From positions 3,839 to 67,838 of the forward strand of contig NZ_JANMBF010000116.1 of NCBI RefSeq assembly GCF_031360265.1: a stretch of DNA of 64,000 nt, in the 5' to 3' direction. Positions 47,526 to 57,632 of the stretch are shown one piece after another. Both the position numbers and the translations under genes were made by a program. Positions within the stretch are counted from its first letter, which is position 1, and each line of letters starts with the position of its first letter. The notes under the pieces are model-generated. The model made no database searches and was not told the origin of the DNA. It saw nothing but the letters and a program-made list of their open reading frames with translations. The stretch comes from Phenylobacterium sp. (GTDB lineage Bacteria > Pseudomonadota > Alphaproteobacteria > Caulobacterales > Caulobacteraceae).

Positions 47526-48604
47526 CGCATCGGCTCCGTCGCGGCGGCCTTGGCGAGGTCGGCCAGGACGCCGGGGTCTGCGGCATAGCGCGCGCGCGCT
47601 GCCTTCAGCGCGGCGTCTCGTTTGTCGCGCTCGCCAAGCACCGCGTAGGCCCGCACCAGCTGGACCCATCCCTTGCGATCGTCGGGGCTGGCGGCCAACC
47701 GTGCGGCCAGGTTCGCCACCATGCCGCGCACGGCGGTCAGCTGGTCGCGGGAAAGGCCCTGCGGCGCCGGAGCCGATCCGCCCTGCGCCTCGGCGATGGC
47801 GGCCGCCAGCGTGGACCGGCGCGGATCGTCAGCCGGCAGGTCGGCCAGCAGGGCGCGCCAGTCGGCAAGGCCGCCCGCCTTGTCGCCCGCCGCCACGCGG
47901 GCGCGGGCCAGGTGGAACCGCGCGGGGACGCTTGCCGGGTCAAGCTTCAGGGTCTCGGCAAAGACCTGGCGGGCATCGGGCGTCACCGCGCCGCCGGCGG
48001 CATAGACCATGGCTTCGCCGAGCATTTCCCAGAGGTCGGCGCGCTGCGGCGCCAGCTTCACGGCGCGTTTCAGCGCGCGGACCGCGCCGGCTGGATTGTT
48101 TGATGCGCCTTCGGCCAGCGCCAGATAGCGAAAGCCATCCGGGTCGCTGGGCCGCTCGCGGGTAAGCTTGTTCAGCACGGCGGCCATTTCCGGCGGCGCC
48201 AGGGTTCGCGGGTCGGCGCGGGTCCACCCGGCCAGACGTGCGGCGAACGGTTGGTCGACCCTGCCCGGCGACCCCACGACGAAATAGAGCCCCAGGGCCA
48301 GCGCCGGCGCCGCGGCCGCGGTGATCAGGACCGGCGCCCGGAGGGGGCTCGCCGACCAGATCCTCACCGGCTCGTCGGCGGCGTCAAGAAGGCGGCGCCC
48401 GGCCTCGGCCTCGGCGCTCTTGCGCTCCGCGGCGCCGATCAGGCCGCGATCGGCCAGTTCGCCGATCTCGGCAAGCTGGCGGCGATAGAGCACGGTCGTG
48501 GGATCGGCGGGTTCCACCCGTGTCGCGGCTCGGGCGGCGCGCAGCAGAATAAGGATGGCCGAGGCGGCCGAGAGGACTGCGGCCGCGGCCCAGAAGGCGA
48601 TCAT
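47522..48604 (-). CDS. ccmI: Cytochrome c biogenesis protein CcmI/CycH
   Basis: N-terminal TM, YRRQLAEI, TPR region. Confidence 0.9.
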   Translation of the reverse strand: MIAFWAAAAVLSAASAILILLRAARAATRVEPADPTTVLYRRQLAEIGELADRGLIGAAERKSAEAEAGRRLLDAADEPVRIWSASPLRAPVLITAAAAPALALGLYFVVGSPGRVDQPFAARLAGWTRADPRTLAPPEMAAVLNKLTRERPSDPDGFRYLALAEGASNNPAGAVRALKRAVKLAPQRADLWEMLGEAMVYAAGGAVTPDARQVFAETLKLDPASVPARFHLARARVAAGDKAGGLADWRALLADLPADDPRRSTLAAAIAEAQGGSAPAPQGLSRDQLTAVRGMVANLAARLAASPDDRKGWVQLVRAYAVLGERDKRDAALKAARARYAADPGVLADLAKAAATEPMR

Positions 48605-48676
48605 GCGCGGCGTGTAGCCGAAACCCCGCGCCAGGGCGAGCGGTGGCTTGCCGACTGTAGCTCCAGGTGCAGAGCG

Positions 48677-50068
48677 TCAGGTCGGGTCACCACCGTGGCA
48701 GACCGCGGCGCGACGACGAATCAGCTCCGCGAATTTTTCGTCGCGGACCAGACCCGCGAAATCGGCGGCGACCGACAGATAGGCATGGGCAATGCCCCGA
48801 TCGGGCAGGTCGCCGGTCCGGGCCAGGTCGAGCACGTCCTCAACATAGTGGTCGATCATCCCCCCCAGCCTGTCCACCAGCCGGGTGTGAGCCGCGGAAA
48901 AGCCGCCATAGTTGGCGAAGGGGCGCGCCGTTTCGCTGAAGGCGAGCAGGGTCATCGCCCGGGCGACAGCCCTCGGGTCAGGGGCGGTGTCAAGCTTGGG
49001 TCCCTTCTTGCGCAGGCGCGCAAGGCCCGCCACCTCACTGGGAAGCGCGGCGGTCGCAAAGGCCTCGGCCTCCCTCAGCCGGGCCTCCACAACCTTGGCC
49101 AGCGCCTGCTTCTGATCGACGATACGCCGTCCCCAACCCTGGTCGCGGGTCAGTTCGATGGCGCCCTCGAGTTCGTAGGTCTGGGCCGTGACAACACCTA
49201 TGCGGGCGGCGACTTGAGTCGCGACCGACGGACCGGCATCGGGATCGAGGGTGGCGATCGCCGTCAGGGCGGCGTCAATGTCGCTCATCACCCGCTCCGG
49301 GAAGGCGCCCAGCTCCGACTCCGCAAGATAGCGCTCGGTGGGCCGGTCCATGATCGCCGAGATGATCCGCAGCACCATCCACCGCGGTGTGAGCTGGGCG
49401 GCCAGCATCTCGAAGAAACGCGGCCCGGCGTCCTCGGCGATGGCGACCGCGTCCTTGTAGGCCAGCCGGGCGGCGGCGGCCGTCTCGTCGTCGACGCGCC
49501 CGATCCAGTCCGGCAGACGGCCGATCGCGCAGCGCACTACGGGCGATATGGCCAGGCAGCTGGCGAGGGCGGCCGCACCGCCGGCCCGGGCGGCCTCACA
49601 GATCTCAGCCGCGGTCCGGAAGTCCCGCGCCTGGCCGGCGCGCAGAACGTCGGCCGCCGCCCGCACCAGGGCGTCGAAGGCAAGGCTCGGATCCGGGGGT
49701 TGGCGTTCGTCAGCGACCGCGGCGGCCACGGACTCGGCGATCACCGCTGCGGCCGCGACCTCGGCGGCCGCCTCGCGCTTCAGGCCGCGCCAGACCAACG
49801 CCAGGGCGCGGGCGGGGAACACCAGACTGTGGCCGTCCGACCCATCACCGACACAGAGCGGCGCCAGCGGCGCGAAGACGGCGTTGCGCAACGCCCGGTC
49901 GCGCGCCTCGGCCTCGACCAGCAGGCGGACGTCGGCCAGAACAGTGTCGTCGCCGGATTGCGCCAGCGCCAGTTGCAGGTTGCCGACGATCCGGTCCGGG
50001 GCGGTTTCCACCAGGGTCCTGACGATCTCGATCTTTCGCTCGGAGAGGGCGCCCATGGCACGCTCCAT
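48677..50068 (-). CDS. Hypothetical all-helical protein
   Basis: 463-aa ORF filling the gap, co-oriented with its neighbours, normal composition; no motif recognised. Confidence 0.7.
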   Translation of the reverse strand: MERAMGALSERKIEIVRTLVETAPDRIVGNLQLALAQSGDDTVLADVRLLVEAEARDRALRNAVFAPLAPLCVGDGSDGHSLVFPARALALVWRGLKREAAAEVAAAAVIAESVAAAVADERQPPDPSLAFDALVRAAADVLRAGQARDFRTAAEICEAARAGGAAALASCLAISPVVRCAIGRLPDWIGRVDDETAAAARLAYKDAVAIAEDAGPRFFEMLAAQLTPRWMVLRIISAIMDRPTERYLAESELGAFPERVMSDIDAALTAIATLDPDAGPSVATQVAARIGVVTAQTYELEGAIELTRDQGWGRRIVDQKQALAKVVEARLREAEAFATAALPSEVAGLARLRKKGPKLDTAPDPRAVARAMTLLAFSETARPFANYGGFSAAHTRLVDRLGGMIDHYVEDVLDLARTGDLPDRGIAHAYLSVAADFAGLVRDEKFAELIRRRAAVCHGGDPT

Positions 50069-50146
50069 ATGCGGGACAGGGTTCCGCGCGGCGTATAGTG
50101 CCTGCCCCGAGTTAAGGGTCTGCGAAGGCGTGGATCGCGCTCCGCG

Positions 50147-51586
50147 TCAGGCCCCGGCCTGCGGCAGATCCGCGTCCAGGCGGAGTCCGCCGAGGGTCGA
50201 ATCTCCCAGGGTCACGCCGCCGCCGTAGGCGCGGGCCAGTTCATCGACGATCGACAGGCCAAGACCCGAGCCCGGCGCGGTCTCGTCCAGCCGCGCGCCC
50301 CGGCGCAGCACCTCGTCGCGGCGGTCGGGCGGCAGGCCGGGGCCGTCGTCTTCCACCACCAGAGCGAACCGCTCCGCACCGAGCGCGGCGGCGCGGACCC
50401 GGACGCGGCCCTTGCACCACTTGCAGGCATTCTCCACGGCGTTGCCGGCGATCTCGAGCAGGTCCTGCCGCTCGCCGAGGAAATAGAGGTCGTCGGGCGC
50501 GTCCCAGTCGATGCTGACCCCCTTGTCGCGGAAAATGCGCTCCAGGGTACGCGACAGCTCGTCGAGCACCGCGGCCACGGCGGTTCGCTCGCCCTGCCCC
50601 TGGCTGCGGGCCGCGGCCCGGGCGCGCCGCAGGTGATGGTCGACCTGTTGGCGCATGGCGTCCGCCTGCCGGGTCACCACGTCCGCCAGCGGGCCGGGTC
50701 GCTGGGTGGCCTCGGCGATCATTACGGAGATCGGAGTCTTCAGCGCATGCGCCAGGTTGCCCACGTGGGTGCGCTGACGCTCAACCACCTCCTGGTTGTG
50801 CGCTACCAGGGCGTTGAGTTCCTGGGCCAGCGGCTTCAGTTCGCTGGGATAGGTTTCGGCCAACCGCACGGACTTGCCCCGGCGCACGTCGGCGACCTCG
50901 CGGCTGAGGTCGAACAGCGGTCGCAGGCCGACCCGGACCTGGATGACAATGGCCACGATCAGGCCCGCCCCCAGCAGCACGAAGGCCGCCGCTGTGGCGG
51001 CGACGAATCCCTGGACGTCGCGGTCGATCGAGCTGCGATCCTCGGCGGCCAGGAAGATCACCGGGGCCTTGCGGCCGGGCAGCCAGTTCTGCTGCGCGCG
51101 CACCCGCAGCGGCTCGCTGAGCGGACCGCGAGCGTCATAGGCGATGGGGTGGCCCGGCCGGGATTTGAGCCGCGCCACCAGATCCGCTGGAGCGTCGAGC
51201 ACCGCATCGAACAGAGAGTGGGACCGCGCCAGGGGCCGCAGCCGACCGTCCGCCGTAGGCTCGGCGATCTCCCAGTAGCGGCCGGAAAAGACCCGCAGCG
51301 CGCGTTCGTCGGTGAACGGCGGGGCGAACACCTGTCCGGCCTCGACCGTCGAATAGGTGACCAGGTTGACGGTGAGATCGCTGAGCGTCTGATCGACGCG
51401 CCGGATCGCGGCCTGCTGGAACAACAGCGCCAGGACCGCGGCCGAGACGATCAGGGCCGCGAGACTCCAGCCCAGCGCCAGCAGCACCAGCCGACGCGCC
51501 AGCGAGGGGCGGCGCAGCCCCGCCGCGAGGATCGTCACCCCGTCACGGGGCCCGGTACGCGACCCATCACGACGCGCTCGCCGCAC
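50147..51586 (-). CDS. Sensor histidine kinase (FeuQ/PhoQ-like)
   Basis: Two TMs, AHALKTP, NAVENACKW, DDGPG, GSGLGL. Confidence 0.9.
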   Translation of the reverse strand: MRRARRDGSRTGPRDGVTILAAGLRRPSLARRLVLLALGWSLAALIVSAAVLALLFQQAAIRRVDQTLSDLTVNLVTYSTVEAGQVFAPPFTDERALRVFSGRYWEIAEPTADGRLRPLARSHSLFDAVLDAPADLVARLKSRPGHPIAYDARGPLSEPLRVRAQQNWLPGRKAPVIFLAAEDRSSIDRDVQGFVAATAAAFVLLGAGLIVAIVIQVRVGLRPLFDLSREVADVRRGKSVRLAETYPSELKPLAQELNALVAHNQEVVERQRTHVGNLAHALKTPISVMIAEATQRPGPLADVVTRQADAMRQQVDHHLRRARAAARSQGQGERTAVAAVLDELSRTLERIFRDKGVSIDWDAPDDLYFLGERQDLLEIAGNAVENACKWCKGRVRVRAAALGAERFALVVEDDGPGLPPDRRDEVLRRGARLDETAPGSGLGLSIVDELARAYGGGVTLGDSTLGGLRLDADLPQAGA

Positions 51587-52259
51587 CGTCGAGCTCGGCG
51601 TCGGGCGCCGTCAGGCGATAGCCGAGCCCGCGCACGGTCTCGATGCGGTCGGCGCCCATCTTCTTGCGCACCCGGCCGATGAATACTTCGATGGTATTGG
51701 AATCGCGGTCGAAATCCTGGTCGTAAAGGTGCTCGACCAGTTCCGTTCGGCTGATCACCCGACCCTGGTGCATCATCAGATAGTGCAGGAGGCGGTACTC
51801 CAGTGAGGTCAGCCGCAAGGGCTCGCCGTTGACGCTGGCGCGGGCGGCGCGGGGATCAAGGCGCAGGCCGCCGCATTCCAGATTGGGGCTTGCGTGGCCA
51901 GCGGTGCGCCGCAGCAGCGCCCGCAGGCGCGCCAGCAGCTCCTCGGTATGGAAGGGCTTGGTCAGGTAATCGTCCGCGCCGGCGTCGAAGCCCGCGACCT
52001 TCTCGCTCCAGGCGCCGCGGGCGGTGAGGATCAGCACGGGGGTGGCCATGTTCTCGCGCCGCCAGCGTTCCAGCACCGAGATCCCGTCCACCTTGGGCAG
52101 TCCGAGATCGAGGACGACGGCGTCATAGGGTTCGGTCTCGCCGAGAAACTGGGCCTCCTCGCCGTCCGGCGCGTGATCGACGGCATAGCCGGCGTCAGCC
52201 AGCGCCAGCTTCAGCTGGCGCGACAGGTCGGGATCGTCTTCCACGAGCAGGATGCGCAT
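51567..52259 (-). CDS. OmpR-family response regulator (FeuP/PhoP-like)
   Basis: MRILLVEDD, DLGLP, GADDYLTKPF, DSNTIEVFIGR. Confidence 0.93.
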   Translation of the reverse strand: MRILLVEDDPDLSRQLKLALADAGYAVDHAPDGEEAQFLGETEPYDAVVLDLGLPKVDGISVLERWRRENMATPVLILTARGAWSEKVAGFDAGADDYLTKPFHTEELLARLRALLRRTAGHASPNLECGGLRLDPRAARASVNGEPLRLTSLEYRLLHYLMMHQGRVISRTELVEHLYDQDFDRDSNTIEVFIGRVRKKMGADRIETVRGLGYRLTAPDAELDGAASAS

Positions 52260-52271
52260 GGCGGCCTCCTT

Positions 52272-52309
52272 GTTCTAGCCAATAACCCGGGTTCTAGCCA
52301 ATGACCTGG
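52272..52309. repeat. 19-bp tandem duplication at the 3' end of the PepSY-like gene
   Basis: GTTCTAGCCAATAACCCGG followed by GTTCTAGCCAATGACCTGG (2 mismatches). Confidence 0.75.
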
Positions 52310-52569
52310 CCGGTCTCGGCGTCCACCACGAACACCACGATCCGACCGTCGGCGAGTTGCCACTGGATCACATAGGTCGCCCGGCCGCCCGATTGACCCA
52401 GTGTGGTGTTCAGCTGCTTGCCCGGGTGGCGCTGGGCCAGCATGGCCAGAACGCGCGAGAGCGCCACCTGGGGCGCCTGGCGGCCCGCCTGGGCGGTTTC
52501 CTGCGCCGCGGCCACGCCCGCCACGGGCGCGCCGAGCAGCAGCGCGGCGATGAGGATATGGTGTTTCAT
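52294..52569 (-). CDS. Small secreted PepSY-like protein
   Basis: Signal peptide, YVIQW...VFVVDAETGQVIG; upstream of the response regulator. Confidence 0.75.
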   Translation of the reverse strand: MKHHILIAALLLGAPVAGVAAAQETAQAGRQAPQVALSRVLAMLAQRHPGKQLNTTLGQSGGRATYVIQWQLADGRIVVFVVDAETGQVIG

Positions 52570-52593
52570 GGGTCCCCACCTAAGGGGCCTGGA

Positions 52594-52610
52594 CTGAACC
52601 GGGCCTGAAC
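52594..52610 (-). promoter_or_regulatory. Putative OmpR-type binding site (11-bp-period direct repeat)
   Basis: GTTCAG-N5-GTTCAG on the minus strand about 25 nt upstream of the PepSY-like start. Confidence 0.55.
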
Positions 52611-52655
52611 GGTCCCGGTTATGGGACGCCGCGTGGCGGCTGTCACGCCCATCGG

Positions 52656-53591
52656 TCAGGGCTTGCGCTTCGGCGCATAGGGCCGCTCGCGCTTCCAGGT
52701 TTCGGCCAGGGCCTCCAGCTCCGCGTCCGGTCTGTCGGGCAGGGCGACCACCAGGCGCGCGAAGAGGTCGCCGCGCCGGCCCTGCGCGTCAGCCAGCCCC
52801 CGACCCTTCAGCCGCAGGCGCGCGCCGGTGTTGGCGCCCTTGGGGATGGTCAGGGTCACCGGGCCGTCCGGGGTCGGCGCCTGAGCCTTGCCGCCCAGCA
52901 CCGCGTCATAGACGGTCACCGGCACGTCCATCACCAGCGCCTCGCCCTCGCGGCGGAAGATCGGGTGCGCCGCAATGGTCAGCTCGATCAGCGCGTCGCC
53001 GGGGCCGGCGCGGCCGGGCGAGCCCTGGCCCTTGAGCCGCAGGGTCTGGCCCTCCTGGGCGCCCTTGGGGATGGTCACGTCGATGGTGCGCCCGTCGGAA
53101 AAGGCGATCCGCCGCTTGCCGCCCAGGATGGCGTCCACCAGGTCGACCTCAAGCCGGGCGCGAACGTCACCGCCGCGCTGCGAGCCGCCGCCGAACCCGC
53201 CGCCCTGTCCGCCGCCGCCGCGGCCGCCCCTCGCACCGCCGAACATCTCGCCCAGGATGTCGCCGAGATCGACGCCCTCGAAGCTCTCGCCACGCCCGCC
53301 GCCGAACCCGCCGCCGCCGGGAGGTGGACCCCAGGGACCGCCGCCGCCGAACCCGCGCGCGGTCTCCCGCCCGTCGGCGTCGATCTCGCCGGCGTCGAAC
53401 TTCTTGCGCTTGGGGACGTCGCCCAGGATGTCGAAGGCCGCGCTGACCCGCTTGAACCGCTCCTCGGCCGCCTTGTTGTCGGGATTGGTGTCGGGGTGGT
53501 GGGCCTTGGCGAGCTTGTGAAACGCCTTGCGGATCTCCGCCGCCGTGGCGGTCCGGGGGACGCCCAGCTCCTGATAAGGATCGCTCGCCAA
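52656..53591 (-). CDS. DnaJ/CbpA-family protein (J domain + C-terminal domain, no Zn finger)
   Basis: DPYQELGV, HPD motif, Gly-rich linker, GKRRGDL-type C-terminus; TTG start at 53591. Confidence 0.9.
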   Translation of the reverse strand: MASDPYQELGVPRTATAAEIRKAFHKLAKAHHPDTNPDNKAAEERFKRVSAAFDILGDVPKRKKFDAGEIDADGRETARGFGGGGPWGPPPGGGGFGGGRGESFEGVDLGDILGEMFGGARGGRGGGGQGGGFGGGSQRGGDVRARLEVDLVDAILGGKRRIAFSDGRTIDVTIPKGAQEGQTLRLKGQGSPGRAGPGDALIELTIAAHPIFRREGEALVMDVPVTVYDAVLGGKAQAPTPDGPVTLTIPKGANTGARLRLKGRGLADAQGRRGDLFARLVVALPDRPDAELEALAETWKRERPYAPKRKP

Positions 53592-53702
53592 AAACCTGAG
53601 CCCTTCGATGATTGGAGGTGGAGTGTCGCGGTCTAGATCGGTCGGAACGCGCCCGCGCGCAAGAGCCAATGTGGCAGAAATATCACATGTGGGCGCCGGA
53701 GC

Positions 53703-54176
53703 CTAGCGCCGCCCTCGCTCAACCATCAGGTCGGGGGCGGCGAAATCCAGCGCGTCCTCGGCCTCGTTGAGCACCGTCTCGCTGATCGTCTGGCCGCGCA
53801 CCGAGACGCCGGCGCGATGCACGCTTTCAGGGTCGCCGGATATCAGCGGATGCCAATCCGCCAGGTCACGGCCCTCGTGCAGCCGTCGATAGGCGCAGGA
53901 CAGCGGCATCCAGGCCAGCTGTTCGATGTTGCCGGGCGTCAGCTTGACACAGTCGGGCACAGTGGCGTGGCGGTTCGCATAGTCGGCGCAGACGCAGGCG
54001 TGGGCGTCGAACAGCTGGCAGTGGACGCGGGTCGGGATGACGTCGCCGGTGTCCTCCTCCTCGAAGCGCACCAGGCAGCACAGGCCGCAGCCGTCGCACA
54101 GGCTCTCCCACTCCGGCACGGTCATTTGGGTGAGCGTCTTGCGACGCCAGAAAGGTTCGCGGGCCATGCGGCTCAT
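53703..54176 (-). CDS. YcgN (UPF0260) cysteine cluster protein
   Basis: [32 protein letters not shown]. Confidence 0.9.
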   Translation of the reverse strand: MSRMAREPFWRRKTLTQMTVPEWESLCDGCGLCCLVRFEEEDTGDVIPTRVHCQLFDAHACVCADYANRHATVPDCVKLTPGNIEQLAWMPLSCAYRRLHEGRDLADWHPLISGDPESVHRAGVSVRGQTISETVLNEAEDALDFAAPDLMVERGRR

Positions 54177-55552
54177 GTAGCAGATCGGACACGGCGCCGC
54201 TGAACGACGTAGGCCACAGTCAGAATGCCGAGCCAGGGGACGCCGACGATCCAGGAGATGTTCCAGAATTCGGTGTCGAGCCCCATGGTGACCAGCAGCG
54301 CGGCGAGCAGGATCAGGCCGGCGATCTGCAGCCAGGGGAAGAAGGGCATCCGCACCGGCAGGTCGCGGGCCCGGTGTCGGCGGCGGAAGCCCAGGTGGCT
54401 GAGCAGGATGACGATCCAGACGAATATCGCGCCGAACAGGGCGACGCCGAAAAGGTAGTTGTAGGCCAGCGGCGTGAAGAACGAGACCGCGGCGGCCGCG
54501 GCGACGCAGACGCCGGATACCGCGATGGCGGCGGTGGGCGCGCCGGCGGGATTGAGACGGCCCAGGCGCCGGGGAGCATAGCCGCCGCGCGAGAGCGAGA
54601 ACAGCATCCGGGCGCTTAGGTAGATGTTGGCGTTCATGCTGGAGAGCGCCGCGCTCAGCACCACGAAGTTCATGATCCCGGCCGCCGCCGGCAGTCCGGT
54701 ATGGGCGAAGACGCGCACGAAGGGACTTTCGGAAACCACCTTGGCGCCGGTCTCGGTCCACGGGACGAAGCTCATCAGGACGGTCAGCGCCAGCAGGTAG
54801 AACAGCGCCAGGCGCACGGCCATGGCGCGGAGCGCGGCGGGGATGGTGGTCTTCGGATCGGGCGTCTCGGCGGAGGCGACCGCGACCATCTCGACGCCGA
54901 CGAAGGAGAACACCGCCATGATGGTCCCCATCCAGACGCCCTTCAGCCCATGAGGCAGGAAGCCGCCGGGCAGGGCGTAGAGATTGTGGAGGCCCAGGGC
55001 AGGCTGACCGACCCCCAGGATCGCCGCGCCGCCCAAGAGGATGAAGCCGACGATGGCGGTCACCTTGATGACCGCGAAGACGTATTCGAAGGTCCCGAAA
55101 TTGGCCACCGAGCGGGCGTTGACCCAGAGCAGGATGACCGCGAACCCGAGCGACCAGGCCCAGACCGCAACGCCGGGGAACCACCAGCTCATATAGGTTC
55201 CGGCGGCCACCGCCTCGCCGCCGACGGCGATCACCTGGGCGGCCCAGTAGGTGTAGCGGACAACGAAACCCGCCCAGCGGTTCAGATAGGTCTCGGCATA
55301 GACCCCGAAGGACCCCGCGGCCGGGTGCAGGGCGACCATTTCCGACAGGCTGCAGACCACCACGATCGCGGCGAAGGCGGCGATCAGATAGCTGATCAGG
55401 ACGCCCGGACCCGCGTAGCCGATGGCGATGCCGCTGCCCATGAAGAGGCCGGTGCCGATGGCGCCGCCCAGACCGATCATGATGATCTGGCCGCGCGTCA
55501 GCGCCTTCTTGAGGCCCGCTTCGCGCGCGACGATGGCGTCTTCGTCGTCCAT
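54173..55552 (-). CDS. APC-superfamily amino acid permease
   Basis: [35 protein letters not shown]; ATG at 55552. Confidence 0.92.
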   Translation of the reverse strand: MDDEDAIVAREAGLKKALTRGQIIMIGLGGAIGTGLFMGSGIAIGYAGPGVLISYLIAAFAAIVVVCSLSEMVALHPAAGSFGVYAETYLNRWAGFVVRYTYWAAQVIAVGGEAVAAGTYMSWWFPGVAVWAWSLGFAVILLWVNARSVANFGTFEYVFAVIKVTAIVGFILLGGAAILGVGQPALGLHNLYALPGGFLPHGLKGVWMGTIMAVFSFVGVEMVAVASAETPDPKTTIPAALRAMAVRLALFYLLALTVLMSFVPWTETGAKVVSESPFVRVFAHTGLPAAAGIMNFVVLSAALSSMNANIYLSARMLFSLSRGGYAPRRLGRLNPAGAPTAAIAVSGVCVAAAAAVSFFTPLAYNYLFGVALFGAIFVWIVILLSHLGFRRRHRARDLPVRMPFFPWLQIAGLILLAALLVTMGLDTEFWNISWIVGVPWLGILTVAYVVQRRRVRSAT

Positions 55553-56637
55553 CAGACGTCCGAGGCGCCGGCGGGCAGGATCACCTCGAGCAGCTGGAAG
55601 TCGGGCGAGGCGTCCGCCAGGCCCCACGGCCGTCGGGGCGGGATGACGAAGGCGTCGCCGGCGTTGAGCGGGTGCGCGCCGTCGTGGTCGAGCACGGCGC
55701 CTCCGTGCAGGACGAAGCCGAACAGCAACTCGCCATCGTAGCCGTCGGCGGCGAAGGACCGGGCCAGGGCGGGACGGATCACGCGGACCTCGGCCAGGCC
55801 CTGCGTCGCGGCCGCCATGCCGGTGTCGCGGCGTTCGAATCCGGTGGCGGCGTGGGCGGTCCACGGCGTCTCGACGGCGACGTGGCGCAGGAAACGCTGG
55901 CCGGCGAAATCGCGCCGCGGATCGAGACGCGCTGTGGGCAGGGTCAGGTCGTGGTCGGCCAGGGTTTCGTGCAGGGCCGGACAGCCGATCTCCACCACCT
56001 CCAGGCCCGGCGAGCTTTCCAGCACCCGGTGGCGGATGCGGGGCGGTTGCAGGACGCAGTCGCCGGCCTGCAGGGTGAAGGGCTCCCCCTGGTCCTCGTA
56101 GACCACCCGCACCCAGCCGGCGCGGCAGAAGATCATCTGGAAGCGGATCTTGTGGAAGTGGACCCAGTCGGCGACCGGCCCGCCCTGAGGGATCGTGATG
56201 TGCGAGGCGATGAAGCGTCCGCCCAGGCGGTCGGGGATCAGGTCCCGATAGAGCATGCCGGCGCGGCCCTCGCCGGGGCCGGGACCGTCGGCGGCGCGGG
56301 TGAGGACGAACGCCGGCCGAAGCGGCGGCGTCTCGAGGGGCGGATTGGGATCGACGAACAGGATGCGGGCGCCGTTGGGGGCGATCCGCGGCGCGCCGGC
56401 GCCGGGAAGGCGAAGCGTCGGCGCGGGTGCGTCCCCCGGCTCAAGCCGCAGGCGCAGGCCGTGGCCGGAGAGGCTGGCGACGCGGGGCTCGTCGGCCGGA
56501 AAGATGGTCTCCACCCGGAAGCCCAGGGTTTCCACGAAGAAGTCGAGCGTCGGCGCCAGCTCCACGCAGGGCAGAACCACCTCGGCCTGACCGGGCCCCA
56601 GACTGGGGGTTTCTGCGGTCGATCCGACGTCGCGCAA
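55552..56637 (-). CDS. VOC-like + cupin domain protein
   Basis: N-terminal [11 protein letters not shown]; cupin [20 protein letters not shown]; stop overlaps the permease start. Confidence 0.8.
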   Translation of the reverse strand: MRDVGSTAETPSLGPGQAEVVLPCVELAPTLDFFVETLGFRVETIFPADEPRVASLSGHGLRLRLEPGDAPAPTLRLPGAGAPRIAPNGARILFVDPNPPLETPPLRPAFVLTRAADGPGPGEGRAGMLYRDLIPDRLGGRFIASHITIPQGGPVADWVHFHKIRFQMIFCRAGWVRVVYEDQGEPFTLQAGDCVLQPPRIRHRVLESSPGLEVVEIGCPALHETLADHDLTLPTARLDPRRDFAGQRFLRHVAVETPWTAHAATGFERRDTGMAAATQGLAEVRVIRPALARSFAADGYDGELLFGFVLHGGAVLDHDGAHPLNAGDAFVIPPRRPWGLADASPDFQLLEVILPAGASDV

Positions 56638-56871
56638 CCGGGGTCTCCCTCTCCGTAAGGACCGGGATCATCCGTAAGGCGGTCCGCGCGCAAAGTCTCG
56701 CCGGGCGGCGGGGCCTCAGGCGGAACTTCGCCGATCCTTGGGCGGAGCGTAGACCTCTCCAGGCACGGAATCACCGAACGCCCCCGACCCGCCCCGCGCC
56801 GCTGCCGGCGACTTCTTGGTCTCCAGACCAGAGTCGTTGGCCTATGCCGAAGCCTATGCTATCGTTGCGCC

Positions 56872-57105
56872 ATGAACGCGCATCGTCACGTGAAACTGTT
56901 CAAGAACGGCCGGAATCAGGCAGTTCGGATTCCGCGCGAGTTCGAGTTGCCCGGGCAGCACGCGATCATGCACCGCGAGGGCGACCGGTTGATCCTTGAG
57001 GCGGCGGCTCCGACATCACTGCTCGCGGTCCTGGCCGCTCTGTCCCCGATCAACGACGAATTTCCTGAAATTGACGACCCGGCGCCAGGTCCCGTCGAAC
57101 TCTGA
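56872..57105 (+). CDS. vapB: AbrB-family antitoxin
   Basis: KLFKNGRNQAVRIPREF; TGATG overlap with the toxin. Confidence 0.9.
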   Translation: MNAHRHVKLFKNGRNQAVRIPREFELPGQHAIMHREGDRLILEAAAPTSLLAVLAALSPINDEFPEIDDPAPGPVEL

Positions 57106-57518
57106 TGCGCCACCTGCTCGACACCAACATTGTCTCGGACCTCGTGCGCAATCCGCAAGGCAGGATCGCCGCACGGATCGCCGAGGTGGGCGAGGACGCG
57201 GTCTGCACCAGTTTGATTGTCGCTGCCGAGCTCAGATACGGCGCGGCCAAACGCGGCTCGCCGCGCCTGACGGCCCAGGTCGAACGCGTCCTGGCGGCCC
57301 TGACGATCCTGCCGCTTGAGGACCCCGCCGACGCCGCTTACGGCGAGCTTCGCACGCAACTGGAGACGGCCGGCACGCCGATAGGCGGCAACGACCTGCT
57401 GATCGCCGCCCACGCCATCGCAGCAGGGTGTTGCGTTGTGACCGACAACGAACGGGAATTCGCCCGGGTAGGCGGGCTGACTGTGGTCAACTGGCTACGC
57501 CAACCCTTGGAAAGTTAG
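57105..57518 (+). CDS. vapC: PIN-domain toxin
   Basis: LLDTNIVS, AELRYGA, GTPIGGNDLLIAAHA, VTDNEREF. Confidence 0.92.
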   Translation: MRHLLDTNIVSDLVRNPQGRIAARIAEVGEDAVCTSLIVAAELRYGAAKRGSPRLTAQVERVLAALTILPLEDPADAAYGELRTQLETAGTPIGGNDLLIAAHAIAAGCCVVTDNEREFARVGGLTVVNWLRQPLES

Positions 57519-57632
57519 CCAAGGGTCAACGGGCGGTCGGTTTCAGATATCGAGCGGCAGGTGTCGCAACCCACGCCCATGCCCGGCCCGCCCTTGCGCT
57601 CCGCCCCCCGCGCTGTATCTGTCCGCCCCCAC

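Noticed and set aside
56700-56790. Riboswitch-like words upstream of the cupin-permease operon
   Set aside because: GGAGAG, CCGAA and CTCAGG occur on inconsistent strands and in the wrong order for a glycine or TPP aptamer
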